The notes beneath the pieces are model-generated. The model searched no databases and was not told the DNA's origin. It saw only the letters and a list, made by a program, of their open reading frames with translations. A DNA stretch of 64,000 nucleotides from assembly GCF_009914755.1 (NCBI RefSeq), contig NC_060930.1; one strand, 5' to 3'. The DNA is from the human T2T-CHM13v2.0 reference genome, Homo sapiens. Positions 25,885-39,301 of the stretch are shown piece by piece (the stretch's first letter is position 1; the number at the start of each line of letters is the position of its first letter). A program made the translations under genes and the position numbers.

Positions 25885-27800
25885 CTGTCTTAATCAGTTC
25901 AAGCTACTGAAACTAACCACCATACACCAGGTGGCTGATGAGCAACAGAAATTTATTTCTTACTATTCTAGAGGCTGGAAGTCTGTGATCATCAGGGTGA
26001 CAGCATGATTGGGCTCTGGTGAGGGCCTGCTTCCAGGTTGCAGCCAGCCAACTTCTCACTATGTCCTCACATGGCCAAGAGAGATTATCTCTCACATGTC
26101 TCTTCTTACAGATGCATTGTCTTAGTCCACTTGTGCTGCTACAACAAAATACCTGAGACCAATAATTTAATGGTGCATTTAAAAATAACTAAAAGAGTAT
26201 AATTGGAATGTTTGTAACATGAAGGATAAATGCTTGAGGGAATGGAGACCCCATTCTTCATGATGTGAATATTATGCATTGCATACCTGTATTAAAACAT
26301 CTCATGTACCCCAGAAATATATATACTTACTATGTACCCACAAAAATTTAAAGTTTAAAAAATTTTAAAAATAAACGAAATACCCGAGACTGGGTAATTT
26401 ATAAAGAACAGAAATTAATTTTCCCACAGTTCTGGAGGCTAGGAAGTTCAAGATCAAGTTGCCAGTGGATTCAGTTGTCCAATGACCATCCAGTCACTGC
26501 TTCCAAGTTGGTGCCTTATTGCTGTATACTCCAGAGGTGAGGATATTGTGTCCTCACATAGCAGAAGGCTGAAGGGCAAAAGGGATGAACTTCCTCTACC
26601 AAGCCTAATGTAAGGGTGCCTAATTCCAAGCAGGAAGAAGGAACCCTCATATCCTAATCACTTCTTAAAGGCCCCACTTCTTAATATTATCACATTGGCA
26701 ACACCTGAATTTTGGAAGGGACACATTCAAACCATAGCATTCCACCACTCCAACCCTGGCAACCCAAATTCATGTCCTTCTCACATGCAAAATACGTTCA
26801 TTCCATCCCAATGGCTCCAAATCTCTTAACTCATTTCAGTATCAACTTAAAAGTCTAAAGTCCACAGACTCATCTGAATCTGATATGGGTGAGACTCCAG
26901 GCAGGAGTCATTCTAAGACAAATTTCCCTCCCTCCCACCGTGAGCATGTGAAATCGAACAAATTATATGTTTCCAAAATACTTTGGTGGTGCAGGGACAG
27001 GACAGACGTTTCCACTCCAAAAGGGAGAAATAGGAAAGAGGAAAAGAATAACAGATCCCAGGTAAGTTCAAAACCTAACAGGGCAAATGACATTAAATCT
27101 TAAGGCATTAAATCTTCTTTGACGCTACATTTTGGTATCTGAATTTACTGGGTGGGGGTTTGATCCCCCCACAGCCCTGGGCAGCCGCATCCCCATGGCT
27201 TTGCCGGGCTCAGCCCACGCAGCCACTCTCAGGGGTTGGAGTTGGGTGCCTGTGGCTCTCCCCAGCTGGCATTGCTTGCTAGTGTGAGTTCCAGAGTCCA
27301 GAGGCTAGAGAACCTGGAGTTCTGATGTCCAAGGGCAGGAGAAGAAGGGCGTCTCAGCTCTGATAAAGAGAGGGAGAGAACTTTGCTGTTCTTCTGCCTT
27401 TTTGTTCCATTCAGGCCCTCAGTCGGTTGGCTGGTACCTGCCCACATTGAAGGCAGATTTCCCCACACTTGGTCCATTGACCCACAAGCCGGTCTCCTTG
27501 GGAAACACTCTAGTCCGAAGTGAAACCAGCTGGGTGTCCCTTTCCGCAGAAGAGGAATAGCTCAGTGCCTGCTGCAGCATTTGGAGTGAATGATGCTTTA
27601 TCAGCTTTCTGAGAACTCCTCAATTCAGCCAAGTTGACACCCAAAGTCAACCATCACGATCATTAATCCCATTATGAGGGCCCTTCCATCATGACCTAAT
27701 CACCTCCCAAAGGCCTCCTAATACCTCCTAATACCATCACCTTGGGGGTTAGGATTTTAACACACAAATTTTGGAGGTACACAGACATTCAGTCCGTTGC
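25885..27800 (-). mobile_element. MLT1A0-like LTR (25885-26117, 27659-27800) hosting MST LTR plus internal (26118-~27288), L1MA 3' end (26161-26377, +) and MLT2B piece (~27289-27658)
   Basis: MLT1A text resumes at cattaatcccattatgagggc; the L1 piece has TSD aaatacc(t/c)gagac; MLT2 terminus caagttgacacccaaagtcaaccatcac. Confidence 0.75.
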
Positions 27801-27909
27801 AAATGCCTTATGCTTATAGCTATTATAAAATTATCAATCCAAAGTAAATTGAAGGACTACATAACAACAAAGCCATATGCCTTCCTATCTCCAACTGACC
27901 CTAGTTTGA

Positions 27910-28250
<341 letters not shown>

Positions 28251-28285
28251 TCATCCTTTACAGTTCTAACATGCAATGATTTTCT

Positions 28286-28472
28286 TTTAATTTTAATTGA
28301 TTAGTTAACGTTTAAGAGACAGGGTCTTGCTATGTTGCCCAGGCTGTAGTTCAGTGGTTATTCAGAGGCACCATCGTCATGCACTACAGCCTGGAAATCC
28401 TGGGCTCAAGTGATCCCCCCATCTCAGCCTCCCCCGTAGCTGAGGCTACAGGTTTGGGCCATCATGCCCAGC
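28286..28472 (-). mobile_element. FAM (fossil Alu monomer)
   Basis: Retains the 7SL-derived segment cagtggttattcagaggcaccatc..gcactacagcc; perfect 19-bp TSD taacatgcaatgattttct (28267-28285 / 28473-28491). Confidence 0.85.
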
Positions 28473-28945
28473 TAACATGCAATGATTTTCTGAGCCTGCA
28501 GTGGTGAGAGAGAAGGACCAGCTTGATGCAGCGAGGATAAGAGGGCTAATTGGACAATAGTTATCTAGAGATGTAAAGTCTGCATGGAAAGCAGCATTTT
28601 AAAAAAATAGATAATAAAAACATTTAACTCAGAGAAACTAAAACAAAATGAGGGTAGAAGAAAAAGAGCAATTTTACTGCTTTTGGTGAAAAGAAATCCT
28701 TCTTCAAATTTGAAAAGGCTCAACTTTCAATCTTTTCTCACTCACTTGGCCCCATACCTAACAGGCTTAGTTAAAAAGAAATCATAAGAATAGTTAGATT
28801 TTTCTAAATAATTATGACATTTGGTTTATATTTTAAGAAGCTCAGGGTGCTATTTATTTTATTAATCATACATCAGAAGGGAATTCATGTTTACAGCTAC
28901 TCACCTAGCATTACTAGTGTTATTTTGTGCATTCCTTTCTGGCAC

Positions 28946-28947
<2 letters not shown>

Positions 28948-28995
<48 letters not shown>

Positions 28996-29219
28996 TGCAA
29001 CCTCCGCCTCCTGGGTTCAAGTGATTCTCCTACCTCAGCCTCCCGAGTAGCTGGGATTACAGGCGCCCACCACCAGGCCCAGCTAATTTTTGTATTTTTA
29101 ATAGAGACAGGGTTTCGCTATGTTGGCCAGGCTGGTCTCAAACTCCTGACCTCAGGTGATCTGCCCACCTCAGCCTCCCAAAGTGCTGGGATTACAGGCG
29201 TGAGCCACCATGCCTGGCC
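28948..29219 (-). mobile_element. AluS (28996-29219) whose 3' end is replaced by a (TG)n(TA)n microsatellite (28948-28995)
   Basis: Reverse Alu text begins at gcaacctccgcctcc directly after the TG/TA run. Confidence 0.9.
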
Positions 29220-32200
29220 TATATCTTTTACTTCCTATAATCATGTATTCTTTTAAAACTTAAGATTGTAAGAAGTGTTGTTCTCTGTTGCCACATAGTG
29301 TTAGTTATACTTTTGTTGAGTGTAATACTATATTGCCTGGATATACCACAATTCATATAATCATCTTCCTGTCATTTAACCTGTCTCTGTTTGTCATGAG
29401 TATAAAAAATTCTGCAATGAACATCTTCGTGCATACAGCTTTTATTATCTTGTGGATTCATTTGTTTGGGCTAGATTCCCAGGTGGGAATTTCTGAGTTA
29501 AAGGGTGCTATTTTATTTCTGAAAAAGTTTCTGATGATCTAAGTAGAGATTTGAGGATAAAGCAGAGAGAAAGGCAGATTTGCAACAGATAGGAGCAAAT
29601 TTTAAAATCCCGAGGGAGAAGCAGGGCTGTGTCACCCAGGCATAGATGGTCCTCTGAACACAGGGGTGTTTGGTGCTCATCTTTCTAAACCTTTCTTGAT
29701 GCCCCCAGGCAAAGCTGCTGGGCGCTGAGCAACAAGAGTGATTCAGAAGCACTCTGCTCAGATCCACTGGAGGTAGCAACTCCAGCCTGCGTTCAGACAT
29801 AGTTACCAAGGAGACCTCTGCATTTCCCCTCTTTTCCAGGTTAACAGTCCTGAATCTGAGCTAGATGGTTGAATAGAATTAGTTAAAAATAGGGAGAAGA
29901 AAGAAAATGGCTTTAAAAGACAATTTAACTATTAACCTCAGGAATCAGCACCAAGCGCAACACAGAACATTCTGGTCCATTCCTTTTTCTGTGTGACTTC
30001 ATGGTTTGATCTTTTTTCTGAGACGAATTTATTTCCATGTTTCTTTAATACAATAGAACTACCAGCGTGTTCCAAATGCATCCAAAAAATAATAATGGTT
30101 GTGTCAAATGTCACTGCCACACAAGCCCACCAGGGCCCCTGTGGGAAATGCGCTGAGGCCTAATAGGATGATTATTATGGCCTTGTAGAAAGTAGGAACA
30201 AGGTGTCTCAAGCTCACATGCTCCATCCCCGGCATGACACCACCGCTGCCAGACTTATTACTGTGGAAGTTTCAGGACCTGGGAACATGTTGCTCCTAGC
30301 TACTCACAGGGTGCTCAGAAGCGTCCATGGCTTTCTTCTCACTGGATTTCTACATTCCTACCGGCTTTTCTTAGCTTTAAAAGCCAGCCACACAGAGGCT
30401 GAGAACTGGGTCCTGAGGTGGGTGGGTCGCTGCTGTTGTTTGGGTATGTCCTTGCAAGACCAGAATTCAGGATGTTGCTGCTTTCTACCAAGTGCGTTGT
30501 CTGTAGTTTGCAATAACAGCCTTCTTTACAGCTTTGGGCTAACAAGACAGAACAGTAGAATCTACCACTTCATGATGCGCGTAGCCCACAAACTGGGTGT
30601 GCAAAAATATATAGCTTTTCACATTTTCTAACTCTGAACTTCTATTCAGTCAGATAAAAAACATAATGATGGTTGTTCCTGGGGGGTTCCCCCCTTCCTT
30701 AGCACTGGACTGCAATCATGGGGTTTAACAAGGTACTGTTGGCCACAGGGGCATCCATTTGGTCTTTGACATCAGTACACACAGGATACAGCTGGGATGC
30801 CTGGTGACTGTCGCTCCCATATCACACCAGAGGAAAGGAACTCTGTGCATGGGCCTGTAGCCCCATCCGTCTGGACGGTGGCCATTTCCTTCCTGGAGTT
30901 GATCAACCTGTCTGAGGGGCAGCCTGGGCTTGGTGGGGGGCGGTGGCAGAAGTGGCAGGAGCATTTCTTTTAAGCCTGCATGCTTCTCTCTTCCTTTAGG
31001 TTTTCTCAAGGTGCTCTGTGAATTCCCTTTCCCTAAGTGATTATGGTTTCCTACAAAATAAAGAATCAGTAAGTGAGTTTCTTTGGTTGCAGGCCCTATT
31101 TACAGCATTAAGCACATAGCTTCTCTCTCTCTCTCTCTCTCTCTCTCATATTAATATCTTAAAATAGCACTCTGCCAAATTATTATTCTTGCAAATCCTT
31201 GTGTTCACTTAAAGAATGTGTACTTCTCATCCAGGTTTCCCATCACCTCTCAATAAGGTTGGACTTCTGTCTCTCCCAAATTAAGCTCTCTCTCTGCCTC
31301 TCTTTTTTTGTGATCAAGTCCTGTTTATTTTAGAAGCAGGAACAGTAGAAGTAGGAAGGAGTGTTGAAAACAAGGCACTGGTCCCCTTGACAGGGCCAGA
31401 TCTGGCACAGGCTCTGTCTGTGTGATCAAGGTGGACTCAGCAGCTTCAATCTGCCTTTCCCTGTGAGGACAGGGTGTGAGGACAATCTGCACGCAGGTGA
31501 GTCTTCCATAAGGGTGAGGTTGAGGTAAGTTGGCTCTGGGTATCTTTGGATCAGTTGCAAAAGGCCAGAGGGCCCCCAATACCCTTGGCCAAGAGCATCC
31601 CAAGCTGGTTCTGTCTGTGCCCAGGCAAAGCCACATTCTGGAGAGGAAGCCATAGTGCCTGGTGGGCACCAGCAAGGGCTCAGGTGTTCAAGAACAACTT
31701 GCAATGAGGCTCCATGGCCAGCAAGCACCTGCTTCCCCAGCCCAGTCATCTCTGCAGAGCCTTCAAAGAGGGAGCATCCCAGGCAGCCCGACTTCACATG
31801 CACATGCACGGCAGCACCTGGCTGTGTAGGAGACATGTTCTCCAGCTGCCCTCAGGGTGGAGATGTGAACATGGACACTGGGTAAATATGGGCTTTACAG
31901 CAGATGACTGAGACACAGACACAGGAGGAGAGGCAGGCACAGCCACAAGGCAGTGACCTAGCTGGGGAGGGGAGGGCTGTTCCAGATGTGAGCAGGGCTC
32001 TGTGGCTAGGGGTGAAGGGTGTCTTTGATGGGGACGGGAGCACAGAGAGGTTTGGGTTGGGGGCCAGGAACAGGCATGACGGGCTGGTCATGCCACCCCC
32101 CCTTGAATTATACATGGCCCTTCAAGGAGGTTCCTGACTCTTGGAAAAGGCCACCTGCCACCCATGACTGCAAGTCCCTGTGTAAAGTTTCAAGTCAAAT

Positions 32201-32543
32201 AGAGTAACTTATAAAAATAAAAGCACATCATGACCACATTGAGCTTTTCCTAGGAATGCAAAGACAATCAAAGGATGTTTATAGCAACATTCTTTGAATT
32301 ACAAAACAAAATCCCAACAGCAAACTGGAAACATCTTAAATGTTCATCTGTAGAGTAATATGTACGTGAAGCATGATATAGTCATATAAGAGGGTAGTAT
32401 GCAGCAATGAAAATGCATGCACTAGTGTTATATATATTAGCATGCATGAATTTCAAAAATGTGTTGAGTAAGAAAAGTTGCAGAAGAATACGTATATCAA
32501 GATTTATTTCTAATAAGTATAAAACATAAAAAACAATATTACA

Positions 32544-35288
32544 TAATACAGTTTAAATATTTGTACTCACTTAAATATCTTGTTGAAATGTGATCTAGTC
32601 AGGCTTTGTGTCCTCACACAAATCTCATCTTGAATTTCAATCTCCATAATCCCAATGTGTCAAGGGAGAGACCAGGTGGAGGCAATTGAATCACGGTGAC
32701 AGTTTCCCCCTTGCTGTTCTCGTGATAGTGAGGGAGTTCTCACAAGATCTGATGGTTTTATAAGGGGTTCTTCCCCCTTTGCTCTGCACTTCTGCTTCCT
32801 GCTGCCTTGTGAAGAAGGTGCCCTGCTTCCTCTTTGCCTTCTGCCGTGATTGTAAGTTTCCTGAGGCTTCCCCAGCCATGCTGAACTGTGAGTCAATTAA
32901 ACCTCTTTCCTTTATAATTTGCCCAGTCTCTGGCAGTTCCTTATAGCAGTATGAAAACAGACTAATACCAAATGTAATCCCCAGTCCTGGAGGTGAGGCC
33001 TGCTGGGAGATGTTTGGGTCAGTGGGATGGATCCCTCGTGGCTTGATGCTGTTCTTAGGCTAGCCAGTGAATTCTCATGAGATATGGCTTTTTAAAAGTG
33101 TGGCATCTCCCCCACCACTCTTGCTCCCCCTTTGCCTTTTGTGATGATCATAAGCTTCCTGAAGTCTTCCCAGAAACAGATGTTGGCAGTAGGCTTCCTG
33201 TATAGCCTGAAGAACCATGAGCCAATTAAGCCTATTTTCTTATAAATTATCCAGTCTCAGGTATTTATTTATAGCAATGCAAGAATGGCTTAATACAGAA
33301 AATTGGTACTGAGGAGTGGGGCATTACTATTAAGATACCTGATGATGTGGAAGTAGCTTTGGAACTGGGTAACGTGCAGAGGTTGGAAGAGTTTGGAGGA
33401 CTCAGAAGAAGACAGGAAGATGAGGGAAATTTGCTGCTTCTTAGAGTCTGGGTAAATGGTTGTGACCAAAATGCTGATAATGATATAGACAGTGAAGTCC
33501 AGGCTGCTGAGGTCTGAGATTGAAGTGAGGAACTTATTGGGAACTGGAGCAAAGGTCATGAGTGTTATGCCTTAACAAAGAACTTGGCTGCATTATGTCT
33601 ATGCCCCAAGGATCTGTGGAAATTTGAACTTAAGAGTGATAATTTTGGGTATGTGGCAGAAATATCTAAGCAGCAAAGCATTCAAGATGTGGCTTGGTTG
33701 CTTCTAATGAACTATGCTCAGATGTGGGAGCAAAGAAATGCCCTAAAGTTGGAACTTAGGGAAACAAAGAATAAAAATTTGGAAAATTTGCCACCTGGAC
33801 ATATGGTACAAAAGAAAAGCCTGTTTTCAGGGGAGGAACTCAAGCAGGCTGCGGAGAAACCACTTGCTAGAGACATTTGCATAACTAAAAGGGAGCCAAG
33901 TGCTAATATCCAAGACAATAGGAAAAAGGCCTCTAGGGCTTTTCAGAAGTCTCTGAGACAGCTCCTCCCATCACAGGCCCAGAGGCCCAGGAGGACTGAA
34001 TGGCTTTGTGGGCCAGGTCCAAGGCCCCTCTGCCCTGTGCAGCCTCAGTACACTGCTTCTCACATTCAGGCCACCCCAGCTTCAGCCTCAGCTCAGAGGA
34101 CCCCAGGTACAGCTTGGGCTGCCACTTTGGAGAATGCAAGCCATAAACCTTGGCAGCTTCCATGGGGTTTTAAGCCTGCAGACACACAGAGTTCAAGAGT
34201 GAAGGAGGCTTGGCAGCCTCTGCCTAGATTTCAGAGGATGTATGGGAAAGCCTGAATGCTGAGGCAGAAGCCTGCTGCAGGGGCAGAGCCCTCATGGAGA
34301 TACTCTACTAGGGCAGTGCAGAGGAGAATTGTGGGATTGGAGCCCCCACACAGAGTCCCCAGTGGGGCACTGCCTAGTGGAGCTGTGAGAAGGAGGGTCA
34401 CCATCCTTCAGATGCCAGAATGGTAGATCCACCAGCAGCTTGCATCCTGCACATGGAAAAGTGGCAGGCACTCAATAAGCTGTGAGAGCAGCTTCAGGGG
34501 CTGAACCCAGCAAAGCCACAGGGTCAAAGCTCCTCAAGGCCTTGGGAGACCACCCAGCATACCACGTGCCCAGAATGTGGGACATGCAGTCAAAAGAGAT
34601 TATTTTGAAGCTTTAAGACTTAGTGACTGCCCTGGTAGGTCTAAACTTGCATGGGGCCTGTAGCTCCTTTCTTTTGTCTGATTTCTCCCTTTTGGGATGG
34701 GAGTATTTACCTAATGTCTGTACCCTCATTGTATCTTGGAAGTAAATAACTCGTTTTGCTTGTATAGGCTCGTAGGTGAAAGGAACTCATTCTAGATGAG
34801 ACTTTGGACTTGGGACTTTTGAGTTAATGCTGGAATGAGTTAAGATTTTGGGGGACAATTGAGAAGTCCTGATTGTATCTTGCAATGTAAGGACATGGGG
34901 AGGGGGCAGAGGCTCAATGATATTGTTTGGATATTTGTCCCCACTGACATCTCTTGTTGAAATGTAATCCCCAGTGCTGGAGGTAGGGCCTGGTGGGAGG
35001 TGTTTTGGTCATGGGGATAGATCCCTCATGGTTTGATGCTGTTCTTAGGCTAGCGAGCAAGTTCTCATGAGATCTGGTTGTTTAAAAAGTGTGGCACCTC
35101 CCCTGCCACTCTTGCTCCCTCTTTGTCTGCTGCCATGATTGTAAGCTTCCCAAGGCCTCCCCAGAAGCAGATGTTGGCACTGTGCTTCCTGTATAGCCTG
35201 CAGGACCATGAGACAATTAACCTGTTTTTCTTATAAATTATCCGGTCTCGGGAATTTCTTTATATCAAAGCAAGAACAACTTAATACA
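32544..35288 (+). mobile_element. Full-length MSTB-type MaLR provirus (5' LTR 32544-33297, internal 33298-34917, 3' LTR 34918-35288) within old L1ME
   Basis: Two homologous LTRs, MST-int with MaLR ORF remnant (33584-34255), TSD (t/c)taca at 32539-32543 / 35289-35293. Confidence 0.9.
32591..32969 (+). mobile_element. THE1D solo LTR nested in the MST 5' LTR
   Basis: aggctttgtgtcc..caagggagagaccaggtggagg THE1D text; TSD AAATG (32586-32590 / 32970-32974). Confidence 0.88.
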
Positions 35289-36699
35289 CTACATACTACT
35301 TAGAGATACAAGCATATGTACTAAAGGTATAAAGAAAAGTATAATGATTATAAACCCTAATTTCGTGGTGGTGTTTATCTGCTTGTGGGGAGGTCAGTGT
35401 GCAGCCTGGGACTGGGTACCCTGAGGGCTTCCAACGTACTGATAATGTTTTATTTCTTCCGTTGGATGGTGGATATACAGTAGTTCATTGAATTATTCTA
35501 TATGCATTGTGTACATTTTAAATATTTCACAATATTTCCAAATAAATATTGAATTAGTTATAAAATGAAAAGCAAAAAGAGGAAGCAATAAAGGGAACTC
35601 TGATTTGGATTTATTGTTGATCTCTGAAGATGAATTGTGTAAGAATCTTGGCAGAAAGGAAAATTTTAGAACAGATTCATGGTGCTGAGCATATATACAT
35701 ATACCCTAGACTTTGGGGAAAGAAATTTTAAAAAAGAAAATATATAAGAGTTACACTGACAGAGACTCAAATTATAAGTATTCAAGTCCAAGGGATGTAA
35801 AATCCAACCAAGTGGCCAACACACAGCCCTTCTCTAATGCCCCTAACAACCCCTGGGGTTTGTGCAGAGCTTAGATTGTAGAGGCCCTCGTCATAAGATG
35901 GAAACAGGGCATCACCAAAACGAAGCAAAACAGAGGCAGGAGTGATAGAGCAAGAAGACTAAGCCCAGAATAAGCTGATGCTTGCCAGAATACTGGAGCC
36001 TGCAGAACATCCCCACAGAGCAGAAAGCCTCCTTAAAGGCCCTGGCACCTGCCCGAGGTATTGGAAGGTTTGGTGATCTCCAGTAGCTCACAGAGGCTGA
36101 AAGTGATCACCTGGCTCCTGGTCGACCCTGGGGAGCTCTTCCAGCAGGAGAGAGCGCAGAGTCTTCAAAAGCCCGTCACCAGCCAGCTGGGCTGAGGGAC
36201 AGCAGTTCCTGAGTGGCTCTCTGCTTTCAGGAACTCAGATCAGAGGGCAAGGAAGGACCTCACAGGAGGATCACGCTGCTGTCATCCAGATACCAGGGGC
36301 CAGGACATAGGCCAGGAAGCTGGTGTCTGGCAAGTGTCATTTTGTTTCAAAAAAGGCAAATAAAAAGAATGTCAAAAATTTGATTTTAATTTTTTTGCAG
36401 AAGGCTTCCTCCCTTCCTCCTGTCCTTTCTTGTTTGCTCTTCCTTCTTTCCCTCCTTCCGTCCTGTCATCCTTCCTTTTTCCCCTTCTCCTTCCCTTCCA
36501 TCAGCGCTTTCTGTGCCCAGAAAATGACAGCAAGCTGCCATGCACCACTGTGCGAGTCCTCTTGCTCCTTGCATTGTCAGTTGCATTTCTGTATCATATA
36601 TCTGGACTCCCAATTATAGGCCCAGTGCTATTTTTCTTTATTATCTCCAGTGTTTGGCACAGTGCTAGTCATGAAATACACTTTCCGAATATGTTTGTT

Positions 36700-36810
36700 G
36701 AAGGAAGGAGGGAAGGAAGGAAGGAGGGAGGGAGGGAGGGAAAGAAGGAAGGAAGGAAGGAAGGAAGGAAGGAAGGAAGGAAGGAAGGAAGGAAAGAAGG
36801 AAAGAAGGAG
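36700..36810 (+). repeat. (GGAA)n microsatellite at an L2 3' tail
   Basis: 12 perfect GGAA units at 36747-36794 plus imperfect flanks; L2 3' end at ~36630-36700. Confidence 0.95.
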
Positions 36811-37694
36811 CAACCCTCCTGGGGATAATGCTGCCTGTGCTCCCTGAAGTTCATGAGGCTATGAATAAAGAATGAGGATCCCCTGTTCCCCACCCTCCTA
36901 GCCTCGTGGTGGTGGCTGGGTGTGCAGGAATGGAGGCTGTGTCTTTTGCAAAGTGTCCTCCACCCAAGGACATAAACTACATCATAAGTCAAAACCAGTA
37001 GGGGGGCCTCCCGAGCCATCGGTGCAGGTAGCTCCATGCAGTGCTCTGTGAATGTGCTTGTGGATGTGTGCAGGTGCATGCGATGGAATCCATTCATGCT
37101 ATGAAGGGTGGTAATATTTGAAAAGGGGTTAAGGGGAAGGAGAAGGAACACCTGTGGTGTGTGTGTGGTGAGTTCAGTTCAGATGGCTGTGAGTATTTGG
37201 TGGGACTGGGGTTACTGGAGGGAGGAGGCAGAGAGAGGGGAAGGAAGGTGCAGTACAGAGGTATAAAGAGGCCAGAGGTGTTCAGAACTGCAGGTGGCTC
37301 CTGGGGTGGCAGATAAAATGGGCCTGAAGGGGCAGGTCAGGGCTCTGTTAGGCAGGCCTCCATGACAGGCTCATGAGTGGAAATTTCACCCTGAGAGGAG
37401 ACCTCAGACAGATTTTAGGCAAGAGCCTGACATCAGACAGACAGAAAGGTGTCATGTGGGGAAAAGTGCAGGGAGGAAATGCTGCTGGCCTGAGGCCACA
37501 CAGGCAGTGGCTGGAACTCAGGATGTCATGAGACCCAAAGCAAGCCTGGCCTGGTGGGGCTGGGAGGTGGGCGTGGGGCTGAGAGGTGTTGTAGACGGCA
37601 GAAAATGCAGGGGTTTGTGCTGAGAGAGGGGGAAGGTACTGAGGTCAATATCTGACATTTTGAGCTCCAGTAGACTGTGAAACATTAAGATAGT

Positions 37695-38130
37695 GTGATG
37701 GACAATTTAACGTGCCATCTTGGCTGGGCCACTGGGTGCCCAGGTATTGGGTCAAACATTATTCTGGGCATGTCTGTGAGGGAAGTTTTGGATGAGGTTA
37801 ACACTGGAATCAGTGGACCGAAGAAAGCGGAGGGCCCTCCCCAGTGTGTGTGGGCCTGGTCCAATTAACTGAAGACCTGAGTAGAACCAAAAGGCTGAGT
37901 GAGAGGGAACTCTTCCTCATGCCTGACCTCTGAGCTGGGACACGGGTCTTCTTCTGTCCCTGGACTGGAGCTACACTAATGGCTCTCCTGGGTCTCCTGC
38001 TGGCTGACCACAGATCTGGAACTTCTCAGCCTCCACAGTCATGTGAACCAGTTTCTTGTAATAAAGGTATTTACACACACACACACACACACACACAACA
38101 TTGGTTCTGTTTCTCTAGAGAACCCTGATG
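37695..38130 (+). mobile_element. MLT2D-like ERVL solo LTR within L2
   Basis: tgtgatggacaattt..cttggctgggcca; internal (CA)n; attggttctgtttctctagagaaccctga. Confidence 0.85.
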
Positions 38131-38749
38131 TGTTTGATGTATAGAGATAGAGTCTACAGGAAAATTTGATTTCTGGACTACAGCAGAGAAATCTGGCTCA
38201 GAGAGATCAACACTTCAGTGGTACATGAACCAGTGAAAGAGTAATTGTGAGAGAAGCTTAGAGCAGCCCTGGGAAACTCATGTTCAGGGGGTGACAGTCA
38301 GGGAAGATGGGCCTGATTTCAAGCTGAGACCTGAAGCAGGAGTAAAAGTTTCCCAGGCCAGGGGCTGTGGTGGGTAAGCTGAGGGATCCGCTGGGCACGG
38401 GCACAGCAGGTGCAAAGGCCCCGGGGCCAGGAGGAGCCTGGTGTGCTAGAGGGATTGCAGCAAAAGGGTCTGGCAAGGATGTGGTTGCAGAGGCAGGCAG
38501 GGTAGGGCCAGCCATGCAGGGGCTGTCATAGCCCTGGCACTAAAGGCCCCTCTCTACCTGGTAGCAACACTAATGAAGGGAGGCAGTGGTGATGGATGTT
38601 GATAGAAGCATATTCTTTCTGGTTTAACATCCCAAAAATGCATTATCCTGGATATGACCTATGTTTTAAATAAATGAACATTATTGTGCTTTCTGGGACG
38701 TCCACTGCCCAGGGCAGACCTCTGCCTTGATGGGTCCTCAGGCATTGGG

Positions 38750-39301
38750 TGTATTACTTATGTCTTTACTTTTCTGTATTCATTCATGATACTTTGACAT
38801 CTGGGGCCTTGCTGACCCTGGGGGAACTGCCCCTCCCAGGCCTAGCTAATTCCTAGAGATAGCAAACTCCTCTGCGAGTTCACCTTCATATGAAAACCCA
38901 CCAATCCAGAGCCCACACCCAACCACCTTCCCTATCAGGCTCTCACATGAGGGCGACTATCCATCCACCTGCCTTAGTCACCCCAGGGCCATTCCCAGAC
39001 ATTAGGGATAGTCATCTGCCCCAGAGCCCTGAAATCAGTTAAACTAGATGATCCTAAGCCTGTGTGCTCCACTCACCCACTCCTCCTGTGGAAACGATAC
39101 AAAGGCTCCAGCCCACAGTTCCTCCCTCTCCCTCTGTTCCTGACTGGCCCAGTGTCTCTTTTGAGGCCCTGTGTGCTGTGCTGGGCCTCCTGTTTCTAGG
39201 GATGTATGAGCAGAATAGACTTCTTCCTTCATGACAGTCGTTTTTGTGTCTGTGTACCTTATCATCCTTAATTAAGACAGATCCTGGGGACCCTTAAAAC
39301 A
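38750..39301 (+). mobile_element. MER39/MER39B-type ERV1 solo LTR
   Basis: actttgacatctggggccttgctgaccctgg..ctagctaattcctagagatagcaaac..; ends ttaaaaca. Confidence 0.82.

Noticed and set aside
36993-37010. CTCF-like motif (also ~25925 and ~55913)
   Set aside because: Each misses a high-information position of the core; not supportable without ChIP data.
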